Below are positions 52,381 through 64,000 of a stretch of 64,000 nt of DNA, one piece after another. The notes below the pieces were generated by a model, which saw only the letters and a list, made by a program, of their open reading frames with translations, did not search any database and had not been told where the DNA came from. The position numbers and the translations under genes are program-made. The stretch is from Sphagnum compactum (Eukaryota), in the NCBI GenBank assembly GCA_965153455.1, contig OZ234493.1, positions 11,212,213-11,276,212 of the forward strand, given 5' to 3'. Each line of letters starts with the position of its first letter. Within the stretch, counting starts at the first letter, position 1.

Positions 52381-55300
52381 TCAAGATCTAATTGCTCTTG
52401 TGCGAGCCCATTGTGAGCAGCTTTGGAAGAATTGCTTCATGAGCCCAACAAGCCCATTAGGCCACCCTTGTACCTCCACCGGATGTGAGAGCAACCAATG
52501 ATAATCTTCTATTGCTTTCTCACTTAAAGGCTCCAAAAACTCGCTTTTTGCTACAATGTCTATGGGAGGCATTCCATCAACAATATTGGTTTCAATATTA
52601 CCTCCATGGTTGTTGTTGGCCTCCAACTTCACTTCCGTACCTGTTCTGGCCACGCCCGCTCCTTGTGCTACTATTTCATCCTCGTGCTGATTTTGGGAGG
52701 ATATCTGTGTGTCTGCTACTGGAATGTCTCTTCCTGATTCACCTTGAGAAAGATACAGTGGAGAAGCTCCAACAAACACATCTTTCTTCTTGAAAGTTTC
52801 AGCACGAGCTGGTTGCAAGCAGAAATCAAGCCATTGAAAGGCTAGAGGAGATGGACCACGGACACGACCTCCCACTTTCTCACTTCTGATTGAAGTTGTT
52901 GCTGGTATACTCTGTCTCACCAGAATGAAAAAATCAGAAAGAAATAAAGCATCTCTATGAGTAGCACAATTTGAACTGAAATCTCAAGAACAGATTCTGT
53001 GTCTGCAAGACAAGTCTCAGTTCAAAGACAAATTTTAACAGTGATGGAGCAGTCTTACCCAGAGATCGGCCCACAAGCTGGTGCCTGACTCTGGGGCAAT
53101 CACAGTGACGTTCAAGGCACGTTTGGCAAAAGGGAAAACATCACTGGACCATCCCACTGCCACCCACACATCGCCTGCACTCATTGCCTTCATGTACTCC
53201 ACATCATCAAACAGTCGTACCTGCTTTTGCAATGCATGAAATCGCTCTTTCACAGCTTCTCTGCCTCCAGGGACTTCTTTGTCAAAATCCTTAGTATTGT
53301 AGGAAGCCCCTAGAGACTTAAGAACAGCACCCACTACCTCCCTTGGAGAATCCACCATAGCGACTTTCCCAGCCAGTTCTGGCCTAAATAGGTCTTTCCA
53401 GTCCTGCACAACATGACCAAGACATCAGTGCATAGAAGTTGCAAGAACCTGGCAGTGCTAAAAGACAGAATGAGACAGAACAAAGAGGAGGCAAAGAAAA
53501 TCAAGTCAGGCACAAGATTAACCTTGATGGGTGGAATACCATTTCTTTTAAGCTTATCCCTTCTGTAAGCAATCAGAAAACTGCCCCATCTGTATGGAAC
53601 ACCCCAAATTGGACCTTGTGGATTGATCATACCCTCCGCATCCCTTCGTAGAAGAGTCTGAGAACAATAGGCCAGCCCCCAGATTGGAACTGTTAATGAA
53701 GAAGCAGGACAAGTTCAACAGAAGCTCAAGCTCCACTTGATAGAATGCAGAGCTCCATAAAAAGGAATTAACAAAACCGCACCTTCCACTTGGAATCTAG
53801 CCTTTGGAACCACTCAAACTGCTCTGCATTCCTAATTGGCTCGATAAGGCCTCCTTGCACTGCTGTGGCCAGCCATGAGTCCCCAACAGTTACCAAGTCA
53901 GCTGCCATCGCTGATCGAGGTGTAAGGTTTCGCTTTTCCATGGAGGCTGCCATGTCTGCCAAAATGTCACTCAGACTTCCCTTAAACTCCACAGCCAACT
54001 TTGCATTCTTTCCCTGCGACATCAAAAATTCCTGCAGCACAAGGTGGCATTCGAATGGAATTCAACAGAAATAAAGGCAACAGACAGAAACACAGCATCA
54101 AAGCTTTTACAAGAACAGACGAAGCAATTGCATGCATGACACTTGGGCAACCCACCTTGAGCCAGATAGGAGGCACTGAGCCACGAAGACCCACAATTCG
54201 GAGTGGCACAGTTAAAGCATATGGCTGTGACTTCCATTCCTCATACATGAGCTCCTCTTCTGTTACAGGCCTGTCTTCGCCACCGTCATCTGCTCCATGG
54301 TACAGCCAACAAGTAATAAACAGAGAACATTATTATGCTCAAAGACAGACACAGAGAAACAAAAGTCCTACATGGTGTTATCAGAAAGCTCAAAGAGGCT
54401 TACAAACTTCATGGATTGCTCAAAGAGGATTACAAGCTCAATGGGTGCTCAAAGAATCCAAGTAATCTCCACAAAGAGATAGATAAAAGTACCAATTTGA
54501 ACATCTCCATTTCCAGACAACTCTGATGCAGCAGCAGCAGCAGCAATTTTGAGTTCTCTATCCTCATCAAGATCTTCCAGCTCCTTGAGGGGAGGAAACT
54601 GATCATCTCCATCATCATCATCTTCCTCATCATCAAGGTCTTCATCTTCATCATCCTCATCAGTGAATTCTTCCTTACCATTGAACTCTTCGGCTTGGGT
54701 TTCTTCTCTTGTTGCACTCCTGTTCCCATCCTCATTCTCCATAGTCTCCTGTTGCAATGCTGGACTGCCCTGATCACCTCCACGCTTACCACCGCCCTCT
54801 TCTTCTGCCTCTTGTGGTTCCTTGTCACCTCTGTCCTTTTCCAAACCTTCCACAGATGGCAGTTCTGAAATTCTTACTGAGTTCAAACTGGCTCCTCCTC
54901 TTTCCTTTTCCTTCAATATGTCCTCAGATACTACAGAGGAAACAGATGCAAAACAAGGCAGAGGTTTGCCTTTTGAAGAAAGCTTCAAACCGAGGATTGA
55001 TGCAGAAGCAGCACCAGCTCCCATTCCGAATGAAAGAACCACTGCCACACCTAGCAATTGCAGCTTTGCAATTCCTTGACCAAACAAGTCCGTTTTTTCA
55101 AACCCTGCTGGATTCCTCTTACCATCCTCAATGCAAGAGCTTGTCTTTGCCGTTGCATGGCGCTGAAACAAAGACGACGTTGTTGTTGTTGTTGTGATGA
55201 GATCATTAGCTTCATAAGCTTCTGCAAGCACTACTTCCGTTTCCTTGCTCTCAGCACCACGTTGATGCGAAGAACCGGAAGAGGAAGAAGACTCTTCTTC

Positions 55301-55573
55301 TTCACAGCTTTTCTCACTGCTGGAAGAAGAGATCGTCATGGCTGAGACTGAACACGAAGATTTGCAACGGAAACCTCTGCATTGATGACGATGATTCAAT
55401 CTCAAGTCTGAGAAAACTCTAGTGTGCATGAACAGCGTTTTCGCTCTGTTGTTGCTTCTTGAGACTCGAAAGCCGTTGTAAGCACATGACGGAATCCATT
55501 TCCCTGGAGCAGCAGCAGAAGCTGTTTCTTCTGCTCTCCACAGACCTGACGCAGCTGCTTGCAGATTTGACAT
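52381..55573 (-). CDS. Plastid-type PotD/PotF-like polyamine (spermidine/putrescine) solute-binding protein, ENF2-like, 6 exons, ~824 aa
   Basis: Exons 55573-54493, 54289-54156, 54031-53783, 53657-53523, 53403-53059, 52911-52381; total 2475 nt. Ser/Arg-rich transit-peptide-like N-terminus. Motifs: LTVPLRIVGLRGSVPP, ADLVTVGDSWL, WGVPYRWG, DWKDLFRPELAGKVAMVDSPREV, GDVWVAVGWSSD, P.SGTSLWADLW, QWLDFCLQPAR. Confidence 0.87.
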
Positions 55574-56704
55574 GGAGCTCAGAAGAGGAGGGCTCTCTCT
55601 CTCTCTCTCTCAAGAATCCCAACAAGACAAGAGCTTTGAGAGACAAATAAATTCCGAGCTCTAGGGATGCAAATCCTGGCATGCACAACCACAAGCACAA
55701 ACCTTCCTTCACGATATGATTCAGACCTTCAATCTGCTCCAGATACAGCAACTCTTGAGACCTCCAATAGCAGCAGCTTCGTTCTTCAACCTCCCCGATG
55801 AGACAACAGACATGGTGAAAGAGTTCGACAGCAACAACAGCAGCAGCAACTCCATTTTGAGCATCGATCTCTAAAGCTTGCGCGTATCTATAGTTCGAGA
55901 GAGATCATCGGTCAAAGAACCATGCTAACTAGGGTTTGTAACATGGCTTGCAGGATCCGGATTTTTGCATCGTTGCCGTTATTGTCAAGTGAGAATATGT
56001 GCACGCAGAAAGACGGAGGCGGAAGAAGGGAAGACGGGAAGCATGCGCGATTGTTCTGAAAAGCAACCGGACATGCGGATGTTGTTCTTCTACGTTCTCA
56101 GAGAGAAATGCACCAGGCGAAGACTGCAATAGAGAAGGCAGGGTTTAGGGTTTAAGGTTCAGCATTCTGCAAACTTTCTTGCAGCATTCTGCTTCCCCAG
56201 ATGTGAGCTTGAGGTGAGCAATCAAATAGACATATTAGCCCATTGCAATGACACTGGGCATGCAGATACTGTGAGCATTTCTCTACATGTCTGCAGTTGC
56301 AGTTCTTCTTCTTCTTCTTCTTCTTCTTCTCTCCTGTACTCCACCATGTATATGCTTTTCCAAATCCTTTTCAGATATTTGTTGCTTCTTTTCTTTGGTT
56401 AGAAGAAAGAGAGTTTATGTTGAGTTCTGCAGAGCATTATGCAAATGTGCAATTCTAACTTTTAGGGTTGTTATTGTCTTGTGCAATGTACAGGGGATGT
56501 GTGTAGAATGTGGGGGAAATTGAATGAAGCAAAAGGCAAAGGTTGTATTGTAGCTGAAGCTTTGCTCTCAATTGAGCTCTCAAAGAGGAACCAGGCAAGA
56601 ACCATGCTCTTGATTGTAGAGACATTGCAAAGCTCCATTGCATCAGACAACAACACAAGTTCATTGTTCTCTACTAGCAGCAGCACACCACCCATGAGTT
56701 CTTC

Positions 56705-56820
56705 TTATTGAAGGTTTTGTACAAGCTCCACAGCCCACAAGCTTTGGATTCAAGAGAGTGGTTCTCCATCTTCTGAAAACTTTTGAAAGTTTGTGGAGAG
56801 CTTGTACAAACCTTCAATAA
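56705..56820. ncRNA. Candidate MIRNA-precursor-like hairpin
   Basis: TTATTGAAGGTTTTGTACAAGCTC (56705-56728) pairs with GAGCTTGTACAAACCTTCAATAA (56798-56820) with a single bulge. Further pairing CCACAAGCTTT/AAAGTTTGTGG and an inner stem. No match to a miRNA family I recognise. Confidence 0.45.
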
Positions 56821-57493
56821 TCACAAGCACTCAAACTGCCCCCAAACTAAAATCTCACTCTGAAATGCGACAAAAAATTTCCCTTTGTTAGTACATAGTA
56901 ACAACACTTCAAAAAGGATGCCAATTTTAACCCAAAAAAACGAGAAGAAAGAAATGCTAAATAATTTTCAAGACATATTATCATGGACCAACAATAATAG
57001 CATCATCACAATGTTGGGGTTTTCCATGTGCATCTATCACACAACAAGCGGTTGTAGAGTTGGGAGAATTTTCAAGTCGAGAGAAAATCTCAGTTGAATA
57101 ATTCCCCTCTCCTCTCCTCTCCTCTCGCTGTGCATGAAAATGTAGTGCAACTAATTGGGTGCCAGTGTCGAACAAATTCTCCAGCAACTACGGTATGTAC
57201 AGACCCGAAATTTTTTTCTAACCCCCTGCAGATGTGGAAAACTACAGAAACAAAAGGGCATATTGCATAAAATTGGTGCAACAATTTTTTCTTCTTCCCT
57301 CCAGAAAGGGATTCACAACATGCCCTGACTATGGATACAAATGGGCGTATTGCATAAAATGATGCAACAATTTTTTTCTTCCCCTCTCTACCAGGAAGGG
57401 AAGCACAATAATAATGCATTTGCCCCTTGAGACAACAGCAGCCCACAAATTTTTTTAAAAAAACAATCTAAAATACTCTTCTACGAGGTTTTG

Positions 57494-60400
57494 TCAGCTT
57501 GCACATACCAGGTGATCAAAGTGCTCTATTGTTGCTTGAGGTGACTCCATCTCCCCACTGCATGCCCCCACTTTTCTTCTCAACCGTGGCACATTAACCA
57601 AACTTTTAGCAGGCTCCTCCTGTACAGTTGAATCTTTCTTCACTTCATTTTCCTGTTCACCCATTGCTTTTTGAGCACCATTCTTGTCTGAAAGATTTGG
57701 TGAATTTGTTCTCATGCAATTTGCGCACCATCGGGGTTCTTCCAACTTGAGTCCCTCTGGAGACTGCTCAAACTTAATATGGGAACTCAAGTCTATTGGG
57801 TTTTCTGCTGTGGCACCATTGCTGCTACCATTTGCTAGAGCCTGATTGCTCCCATTACCTGATGGTGTTGGAGCAAACTTTCTCTTCTTCTTTGCATCCA
57901 GCTTCCGAGGCATCACATCAAAGAAGAAATTTCCTCCATTCCACACAGCAGCAGACACTTTGAAGCATTCAAAGAAGATATGAAGACGGTATGACTTGAA
58001 CATGGGAACAGTGAGGGCCATGCTCAACACAGTGAAAATAGCTTGCAAAACCACGTACATGAGCACACGTCTCTTATCTCCCATAAGACCACATAAACGC
58101 CACCATATATTGTTGGCTCGTGAAGCTTTTCGAGAGAGTTCCCTGTTTGGAACACAGCCCCAACCAAACGGCAGTCACAGAGTGAAGGACATTTCTTGAA
58201 GTCTTGTGAGTTTCCTGGGAACTTGGCCCTCCCACACCTTTTGCATGAGGTTCTCTTGCTTGGTCATGATCAGTAGACAAGGAAACCAAAACAAACACAT
58301 CAAAGAATGTAAGGTTTTGGAAATCATACTTGTAGGAGGTCATCACCTCAGGGTCCCCAAGAATTCGTTGGTGCCGCAGCACATTCACAACAAGATAGTA
58401 GATCATCTGCCACACACTGTACACGAACAGTGGGACAACAAATAACCATATCCAAAGAGATTGGTTGCTCTCAAGTAAAGGCCATGCAGGCCAAGGTCCT
58501 GTCTCATCAGGTGAATGGGGGGAGAATGTTTGTGGATCCCACCACCGGATGATGAAGAAGACAATCCCTGCAGACCATTCACCACAAGCTCCCTAGGTCA
58601 ACCAAAAGCCACAAGCCAAGCAGGAAAAGTCATGGAGTGGCAGCAACCTTTTGTTGACTCACCTGGAAGTAAATGGATAAGGACACCAACGATTTTGTCA
58701 ATGGAGCTGAAGACAAGGCTGCACCGCCACACAATCAGTGCCCATGCCAATGGTCCCTGCACAATTGTTGATGGTAGACTGAAGTTCAAATGAGAACCTT
58801 ACATGTGTTTTAAACAGCTGTGACATAGCAAGCAACAATAAACACAACAGAAACAAGTTGAAAGTTTTGAGCAACATTGCACTGACCTCAGCAAAAGAGA
58901 AACAAACAAGAAACAGTTTGTCGTTATTCGGAAAGAATAGGAGGCAGGTCACAAATATGGCATTAGCATAGTAGCAGAAGTCCTGCATCCCAAAAAACAC
59001 ATTCAATCCTCAAGATGATGAATAAATGTGTCACGAGAAAAGATTAAGATTAAACCACGAGACTAAGATTCCTAGCTCTTGTCCTGCAAACCCACAAATA
59101 AAAATAACACTTGAAATTCATGGTCAACAAAGTCCTTATGACGTGACCAAGAATAACAAGTCTCTTCTGACCCTCAAGCTTCACTGATAGTATCTTGTGC
59201 TGAGTTAGTAGACCCCATGCTGATGAGGACTTAATATGCATGTCATGATGCTTAGAAAATAAGCAAAGACGACCACATGTGTGCGTTACATTAGAGTATC
59301 CTGTTACAGTGGTCACCCAGCAATTCCCCACAAACATATGAGGTGTACACAATCCCCCATATTCAAGAATGTTAGAGTGGTCAAATCAGAGAATGGCCAC
59401 ACACATGAAGATTATTGTACCAGAAGGTAGTAATGCCACTTCTTGATTCGATAATAGATCCATCTGAGAGGGGCAATAGTGATGAAGAATAGGCAGTACA
59501 AATAAGGGATATCATCAGGCCCTGCAAGCAAGCACAGAATACCAAGAATCCAATTTACTAAGAGATTTGCATGAGGGTAGCAGCAATCATATTATGGCAG
59601 TGAACAACACCAATTTTGCATGTGTTTCCCTAGAGAGAGTTACTAGAGCATCAATGATATCAAGCTCAAAACAGTCACAAGACTTGATGATTTCATCTCA
59701 ATTTTTTTAGCAGTCCCTGTTGTAAAATCTTAAAAAATTCAAGTAGTGTTATGCAAAAGAACCATCTGAGAATTAAGAAACATCAAACCTCCAAGATGAA
59801 TATGCCCTGATGAGCTCACATACTACTACCCTCATCTTAGCTCACCTTAACAAATTTTGTGCTGAGGTTTTGAAAGGATGGAATCTGCTAACTAGAGACT
59901 TCCACAAAACACCAAATTTTGTGCTGAGGTTTTGGAAGGATGGAATCTGCTAACTAGAGACTTCCACAGATCATTGGTGGAGAGCTCAAATGCACAAAAA
60001 GATTGCAAAAAAAGATTTTAGGAAGCCTGCTGTCTGGGGATGTGTAAGCAGAAGACATGGAACAAGAGCCTGCAATTGACTTACTTGATCCTAGCCAGAA
60101 GCAAAAGGTCCCAAAAGAAGCAACTCCCATGCTGTAAGTCACCTGCAGGATTTGGAGAAACAGAAAATTTCAGAAAATAACTAGAGTGATGCACTAAGCA
60201 ACACTTGATAACATGCAGTTCAAACCAAACAGTGAACAAATGAGCATCCTTTTGGCATGACAGGAACACTTCCATATTGGGTCAAGGAAAATGTGCAAGA
60301 TCTACTGAGTGACAAAACCTTAGTAATAAAGGCCTCATGCTCATCAGCACGCTTGGCAATTTTTCCTGCTTGTTTTGTAATCATTTCCTTTGTCTGAAGG

Positions 60401-60738
60401 ACCACCTGCATCCATCCCAGCACCGACAATGCCAAGCCAAAAAATTGTATAATCTGCTCAACAGGGGCTTGCTCAAGCACACAATTTGAAGCTGTCAAAA
60501 TTGAGAGTGCAAAACTAGTCAGCTCAAATGGCAAATGCACACAAGTGTTGGACATCAATTGACTCTTCTTCTTCTTCTTCTTCTTCAAGGATTTTATCAA
60601 GATTTAGAGAAAAGAAACAAGCCAACCAACCTTGGGGGGACTTCGGCTTCCTTTCCGTCCCATCCGTTGCTGCCCAAGCTCCTTCTGCTGCCAGTGTTCT
60701 CCTGCTTCGCCGTTCCGATCCACATTATGGGGAGCCAT
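57494..60738 (-). CDS. GPC1: Glycerophosphocholine acyltransferase 1 (GPCAT, DUF2838), 8 exons, ~476 aa
   Basis: Exons 60738-60631, 60405-60319, 60142-60085, 59521-59421, 58982-58887, 58756-58663, 58567-58330, 58142-57494; total 1431 nt, phases consistent. Motifs: [66 protein letters not shown]. Confidence 0.93.
59851..59968. repeat. ~62-bp tandem duplication in GPC1 intron 3
   Basis: CAAATTTTGTGCTGAGGTTTTG.AAGGATGGAATCTGCTAACTAGAGACTTCCACA occurs twice. Confidence 0.9.
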
Positions 60739-63700
60739 GTAGTTCCCTAAATCCTAAAAGAGATTGAGTCCAGTTTCAGAAGATTGCGCTGCTTTTGGAA
60801 CGAGACCGATAATGTAGCTTTCCTTTGTTATAGATCCGCTCTCCTTGCACTTGGAGCACTAGAAAAAAAGACCAAAAAACGATGCGCACGAGTGAGTGCC
60901 ACAACCCTGCGCACATACTTCGCTGCGGTCGTCTGTATTCTCCTTCCAACACTCTCTACTGACTACTGACTCTTCAACAAATGTCTTCAGGAAGACACTC
61001 TCGGAAACACGATAAGCTTCTGTCACGAGGATATTGCAATAGCTTCTCTTCCCCCAGAGTTCCCAGACGGGGGGAGAACATAAACAGTGCAAAAGCAAGC
61101 CGGTGTAAAGGATCTGGTGGAAAGGAAACTAAAACTTCTAGGTGCCGCTAAAAACACGGCTTCCTGATGCGAGGAAAGCAGCGCTTGGAGGACAGATATT
61201 CAGATGAGAGAAGAAAAATAAAACTGTAAAAGAGAGCCAAAGACGGTGCAAACTCCTGATCGGGAAAAAAACGAAGAAGCAATGTCCTGAGAAAAAGAAA
61301 CTTCGTTCCTAAGTGATCACTGAACACGCACAAAAGACAAGAAGTCATCACACACATGAAGTTCAAACCTGGCGCAATGACAACAACAAAAAGAGCCAAA
61401 ACAACAAGAAAATACAGATTCTCGCAGCATCTAATGACTTGAATTTCACAGGGAAAGGAAGCTTACAGCAATGCCAATGAAGTCTTCTATGACTAGATGG
61501 AGAAGTTTCCAAAGAGAGAAAACATTACCTCCGGGAAGCTGAATCTCGAAAACCTGTTCTAGAGTCCAAAATACAAAAGAGTCACTTTGAGCCAGTGAGA
61601 AGAATTAGGACTTGATCGGAAAAACGCTACATTAGAAGATCGAGTCGAAACTGCGGGAAACTAGCGAAATATCGAAAAACCTCGGCATCCAGAATGGACA
61701 AGAAGAGCCATGGACCCCCAAAAAAATGAAAAAAAAAAGGGACTTTGATCGGAAACACGCTACATTAGATCGAATCGAAAGTCGAACCCCGCGAGAAGCG
61801 AAATCTCCGAAAACCTCCTCCGGAATGCACAAGAGTGTTTGAGACAGCGAAAAAAATGACTTGATCGGAAACGAAGAGGAATTTTTTTATAATTTTCTTG
61901 AAAAATACAGGATTTACTTGGCTGCAAGAGGAAGCATTTTTGAAACACAGAAACAAACTATTCCAGAGCAAAAAAGAAACCAAAAAAACGTGCGCACAAC
62001 CGAACGAGCTCACAGCACCAGCGTCAGCGGGAGACACACACACACAAACCAGCAGCGGCAAGAGAGACCACTCTTCCCGAGGAGCTCCTGAAAACCTTAC
62101 TATGGTTAAAAAATGGGTTGTGGTTTATCAACACCGGATCCCGGGCTACGACATTCTAATGCAGAATTGTCGAGCGGCGAGGAAATGAGACTGGGTGGCG
62201 AAATTCCCCAATCAGCGTAACGCGCGGGGTGGCGATCGATCGAGCGATGTCGGTGAAAAGCGCACGAGGAAACGAATGGACGAGTTTTCACGTTAGGCCT
62301 TAGTCCTGTGTTTCGCCACTTGTGGAATTTGTTTTGGTCCAGAGGAGACAGGACATATTACGGGCGGAAAATCCAGGTCCTGATTCCTTGCCACATCGTC
62401 AGCGGGGGAACCTGAAACTGACCAATACGGAGGCTTTGCCACGTGCATGGCCTCTGCTTTTTGATTCCCCAAGGCATGTACTCTGATACCCTTATTAAGA
62501 TTTTTTAATAAATAATATTATTTTTAAAAAGTTAAATCCTTTTTTTTTTTTTTAACTTTTTGGTTGGGGATTTCTTTTTTTGGGAGAAGTTGGGGAGGTA
62601 GGTATTTGGGGGAGGGGGGAAAATTAAGGGGCTAGGTAGGTAGGTAGGTAGTAGGTACCTAGTTCTTAGGCACCCGTGTGAGGCCGAGCCAAGGGTGGGC
62701 CTGATGTTAATAAAGCTTGTACTTGAGGCCTTTATCGAGCGTAAAGCCCTACGCCAATTTTTTTAAAGAACTAGGGGTACCTACCTTGCGGGATTAGGGT
62801 TTAAGGTTTAGGGGTTTAACCAAGCATATATATATTTTTTCTTTGTTTGGCCCCAATGTCAAAATGCACATAGCGTCGTGAACCTTCACCTAAATTAATT
62901 AACGGAATAAAACAACATTTTGCATCAACAAGAAAGAGTTATGAAATGTTTAGACTTTGATAATTTCTAAACATCAACATTTTTTTAAATATCACCTACA
63001 TACACTTGACTTGGGATGGACATTTTATTTTTGCCCCCTTTTAATTGTCCTCTTTTTGAAATGGATGAACTTTTTTTTCTAATTATTTTTTTTTTTTCCA
63101 ATCAATTGAGAGTTTTTTTTGTTGGGAACTTTAATAGTTTATGGAATTAGTGAAAACCTAAGTCCCTCTCTTAAATCTTTATGAAGAGTTAGATTAAAAA
63201 ATGTGAATTCATGTTAATCTAATGCAATCTCATTTAAGTTTTTCTTTTTTATTATTGAACCTTGAAATGCAAAATGTTTAACATTTTGCACACATGAAAT
63301 CAAAAGGATCTATCGATTGATAATTAGTTTAACCCAATGTGGTAAATAGGAACTCATTTTGTGAACAACAAAAAGGTTTTTTTTTATAAAAAAAACCCAA
63401 TATAAAATAAATATTAAAGGATGGAGTGAAAGTTAATCAAGTTAACCAACATTAGGAAAGGGGAAGAATTTAAGATAAATGTCAATTGGCAAGGTAAAAA
63501 ACAAGGGTTGAAGTTGGAGGTAATGTTGTTCTAAGTAGGAAATGATAGAAGTGCTTTTTATTTTGTGTCCAAAATTAGACAATGATTGTGTAAGGAATAG
63601 AACCTAGAGAAAAAATTATTCCTTAGATGTCTTAGGGCTTAGATTAAGAATAGGTAGTTCTTTCTTGATTTGGGGCAAAGCTTCGATACTAGAGCTTCGT

Positions 63701-64000
63701 CGATACAAGGTGATTGTTTGTTGTAGCACATATCTTGTGGTTGTTATTTTATGAGCAAGGAGATCTTTTAGATGAGTGATTGTAATGAAACTTGAAAAGG
63801 AGGTTGGGGGGCATACTAATTATGCAAAGGGATGACGTAGTTGTTATTCATGAGAAGATGATCCAAGCGAAGAAGCATGGAATGATGTATTGTAAGAATT
63901 GAAGGTTGAAACATCTTGAACAAGCAAATAGGGTTTTCAACGGTGGTAGCTTGAAGGTTTACTCATGAGGAAGACAAGTGTCAAGCGACAAAATAGAGGA

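Noticed and set aside
63400-64000. Possible decayed retroelement coding fragment at the window end
   Set aside because: No diagnostic motif could be recovered, and the sequence is truncated by the window edge.

Overview
Eukaryotic land-plant nuclear DNA. It has GT-AG introns, AT-rich repeat-laden intergenic DNA and telo-boxes; the overall style suggests a bryophyte such as a peat moss, which is an inference only. The window has two halves. Positions ~1-33,000 are a TE-rich accessory block: an intact single-exon DMP/DUF679 gene, a probable decayed LRR remnant, a young composite non-autonomous Helitron, MITEs, and a hAT element (10,610-31,271) whose transposase is split in frame by a 16.8-kb insert. 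That insert holds a spliced CACTA TnpA-like remnant, an FCP1/NIF-phosphatase-like remnant and a ~5.1-kb intronless decayed ORF (~1,700 codons) that I cannot assign to any family. Positions ~35,000-62,000 are gene-dense: an intronless MpaB/DUF2236 heme-oxygenase-like gene (+), then four minus-strand spliced genes (NASP histone chaperone, eIF3a, a plastid PotD/ENF2-like polyamine-binding protein, and GPC1/GPCAT). This half also has a telo-box minisatellite upstream of NASP and a miRNA-precursor-like hairpin at 56.7-56.8 kb. Exon models were built by hand from splice sites and phase arithmetic. Family calls come from motif recognition; no database searches were run.
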